Assembly: GCF_009914755.1 (NCBI RefSeq)
Contig: NC_060933.1
Length of the DNA stretch: 64,000 nucleotides
DNA from: the human T2T-CHM13v2.0 reference genome, Homo sapiens
Strand: one strand, 5' to 3'
Below the pieces are notes generated by a model. It saw nothing but the letters and a program-made list of their open reading frames with translations, searched no databases and was not told the DNA's origin. Positions 60,250 through 64,000 of this stretch are shown here, one piece after another (the stretch's first letter is position 1; each line of letters begins with the position of its first letter). Made by a program: the position numbers and the translations under genes.

Positions 60250-60868
60250 ACATCTATATTTCTATCAACTGTCTCTTCGATCTAGGTTTTTTTCTATGAA
60301 GCACCTCAAAATTCATCCAAGCTCTACCCATTATCCAATTCCAAAGCCGGAAAGTGACACTTCATAGAAATTCATTTATTTCGTAATATTTTATTTTTGT
60401 CACCGTAGCTGGGTCTTTTGTGTATTCAAGTATTATTTTTATTCATGGAAGGGATTCTTCTGATATATTAACATTGTTTTCCATCTTGCTATTCCATTTA
60501 TGAAGTGAAAGAGTTTCTATGGCTTAATAAAAAAACTTTTTGGAAAGTTCTATCTGTTTAATTTTTCCTTTGAAATTAAGTGTAAGCTTCACAAAAATTG
60601 ATGAGTTTGTTTTCCCAAAGAGATTCAGTGAAGTAAACAAGGCAGAGCAAATCTAAAATAGAAAACATTTTCAAATTTTATTATTTTTAGTGATGTATAG
60701 TTTTTTTAATATACTCATGCCCATCATTATGTGCTTCTTCTGCCAATTCTGTGGGATAACTTTATTTCCATTTTATAAATGAGGAAATTGAGGCTCATAG
60801 AAAGTCATACAACTGGAAAAAGGCAAAGTACACTTCAAATTATATTATTTCTATTATATGACACCCTT

Positions 60869-62681
<1,813 letters not shown>

Positions 62682-64000
62682 ATGGTATACAAGGTGTGAA
62701 GACCAAATCAGAGTTACTGGGGTATCTATCACCTCAAACATTTACCTTTTCTTTGTATGGGGAGCATTACAATTCTTCTTTTCTAGCTATTTGGAAATAT
62801 ACAATAACTTATTGTCACTATAATTTTCCCCACTGTACTGTCAAATACCAGAACTTATTCCTTCTATCTGTGTTTGTATACTCAGTAACCAACTTCTCTT
62901 TATTGTTCCCCTCCTGCTTCCCTTACCAGCCTCTGGTAAATACCATACTGCTTTCTATCTCAAACAGATCCACTTTTTAGCTCCCACATATGAGTGAGAA
63001 CATGCAATATTTGTCTTTCTGTGCCTGGTTTATTTCACTTAATGACCTCCAGTTCCATCCATATTGCTGCAAATGACAGGATTTCATTTTTTATGACTGA
63101 ATAATATTCCATTGTGTATATATACCATGTGTCATAACCATTTATTAATTGATGAACACTTAGGTTGATTATATATCTTGACTTGTGAATAGTGCTGGAA
63201 TAAACATGGGAATGCAGGTATCTCTTTGATGTAGTGATTTCCTTTCATTTGGATATATAACCAGTAGTGAGGTTGCTGGATCATATAGTAGTTCTAGTTT
63301 TAGTTTTTTGAGGATCCTCCATACTGTTTTCTATAATGAGTGTACTACTTCACATTCCCACCAACAGTGTGCAAGTGTTTCTCTTACTTTGCATCCTCAC
63401 CAGCATTTGCTATTTTTGTCCTTTTAATAATAGCCACTCTGAGGCGAAATGATACATTATTGTGGTTTTGATTCGCATTTCCCTGATGATTTGTAATGTT
63501 GAGCATTTTTTTACATGCCTGTCAGCTCTTTGTGTGTCTTCCTTCAACAAATATCTATTCAGGTCTTTTGTCCATTTTTTATCAGAAATTTTTTTTCTTT
63601 GCTCTTGAGTTGAGCTCCTTATATACTCTGGTTATTAACTCCTTGCCAGATGGATAGTTTGCAAATCTTTTCTCCCGTTCTGTAAGTTGGCTTTTCCCTT
63701 TTTGTTTTCTTTGCTGTGCAGAAGTTTTTAGCTTAATGTAATCTATGTGTCTGTTTTTGCTTTTGTTTTCTGTGCTTTTGAGATCTTATCCAAAAAATCT
63801 TTGCCCAGATCCTTGTTGTGGAGCATTTCCCTAATCTTTTCTTCTAGTAATTTTACAATTTCAAGTCTTACATTTAAGTCTTTAATCAATATTGGGTTAA
63901 TTTTATATTTACTAAAAAATGGGGCTCTAATTTTATTCTTCTGCATATTGATATCCAGTTTTCCCAGAACCACTTATTGAAGAGACTATTCCTTCCCCAG
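62682..64000 (-). mobile_element. L1MA-type 3' region, antisense; runs off the window end
   Basis: caaatcagagttactggggtatctatcacctcaaacattta (L1MA 3'UTR reverse); minus ORF IKDLNVRLEIVKLLEEKI. Confidence 0.85.

Overview
Primate, almost certainly human, genomic DNA from inside ADAMTSL1 (punctin-1; 9p22 from recall), transcribed on the + strand. Only two coding exons are present. 8520-8565 (46 nt) encodes SCEGRNIRYRTCSNV, the end of TSR1. 49302-49538 (237 nt) encodes DCPPEAG...ISGLCQ, the Cys-rich module. They are separated by a ~40.7 kb intron that also holds the MIR3152 hairpin (48578-48651). The rest is intronic and dominated by interspersed repeats: a full-length antisense L1PA7-like element, several other L1s, about ten Alu/FLAM copies, MaLR/ERVL LTR elements (a nested MLT1>THE1>Alu cluster), Tigger/hAT fossils, MIR and L2. 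Nearly all ORFs in the supplied track are L1/Alu/LTR fragments or noise. I find no evidence of a new multi-gene system. The most notable items are small retrotransposition and regulatory oddities: a 36-nt tailless U2 snRNA retrocopy with a TSD lying antisense in the pre-mRNA; a ~77-nt twin-primed L1 micro-insertion; a young L1PA2/L1HS-like inverted insertion; a read-through/intronic-polyadenylation signature after the 237-nt exon; a sense-oriented THE1 LTR with a perfect DUX4 motif; a chimeric MLT2/MaLR LTR; and an inverted pair of RFX-like sites. Repeat subfamily names come from recalled consensus sequences, and the boundaries of old repeats are approximate.
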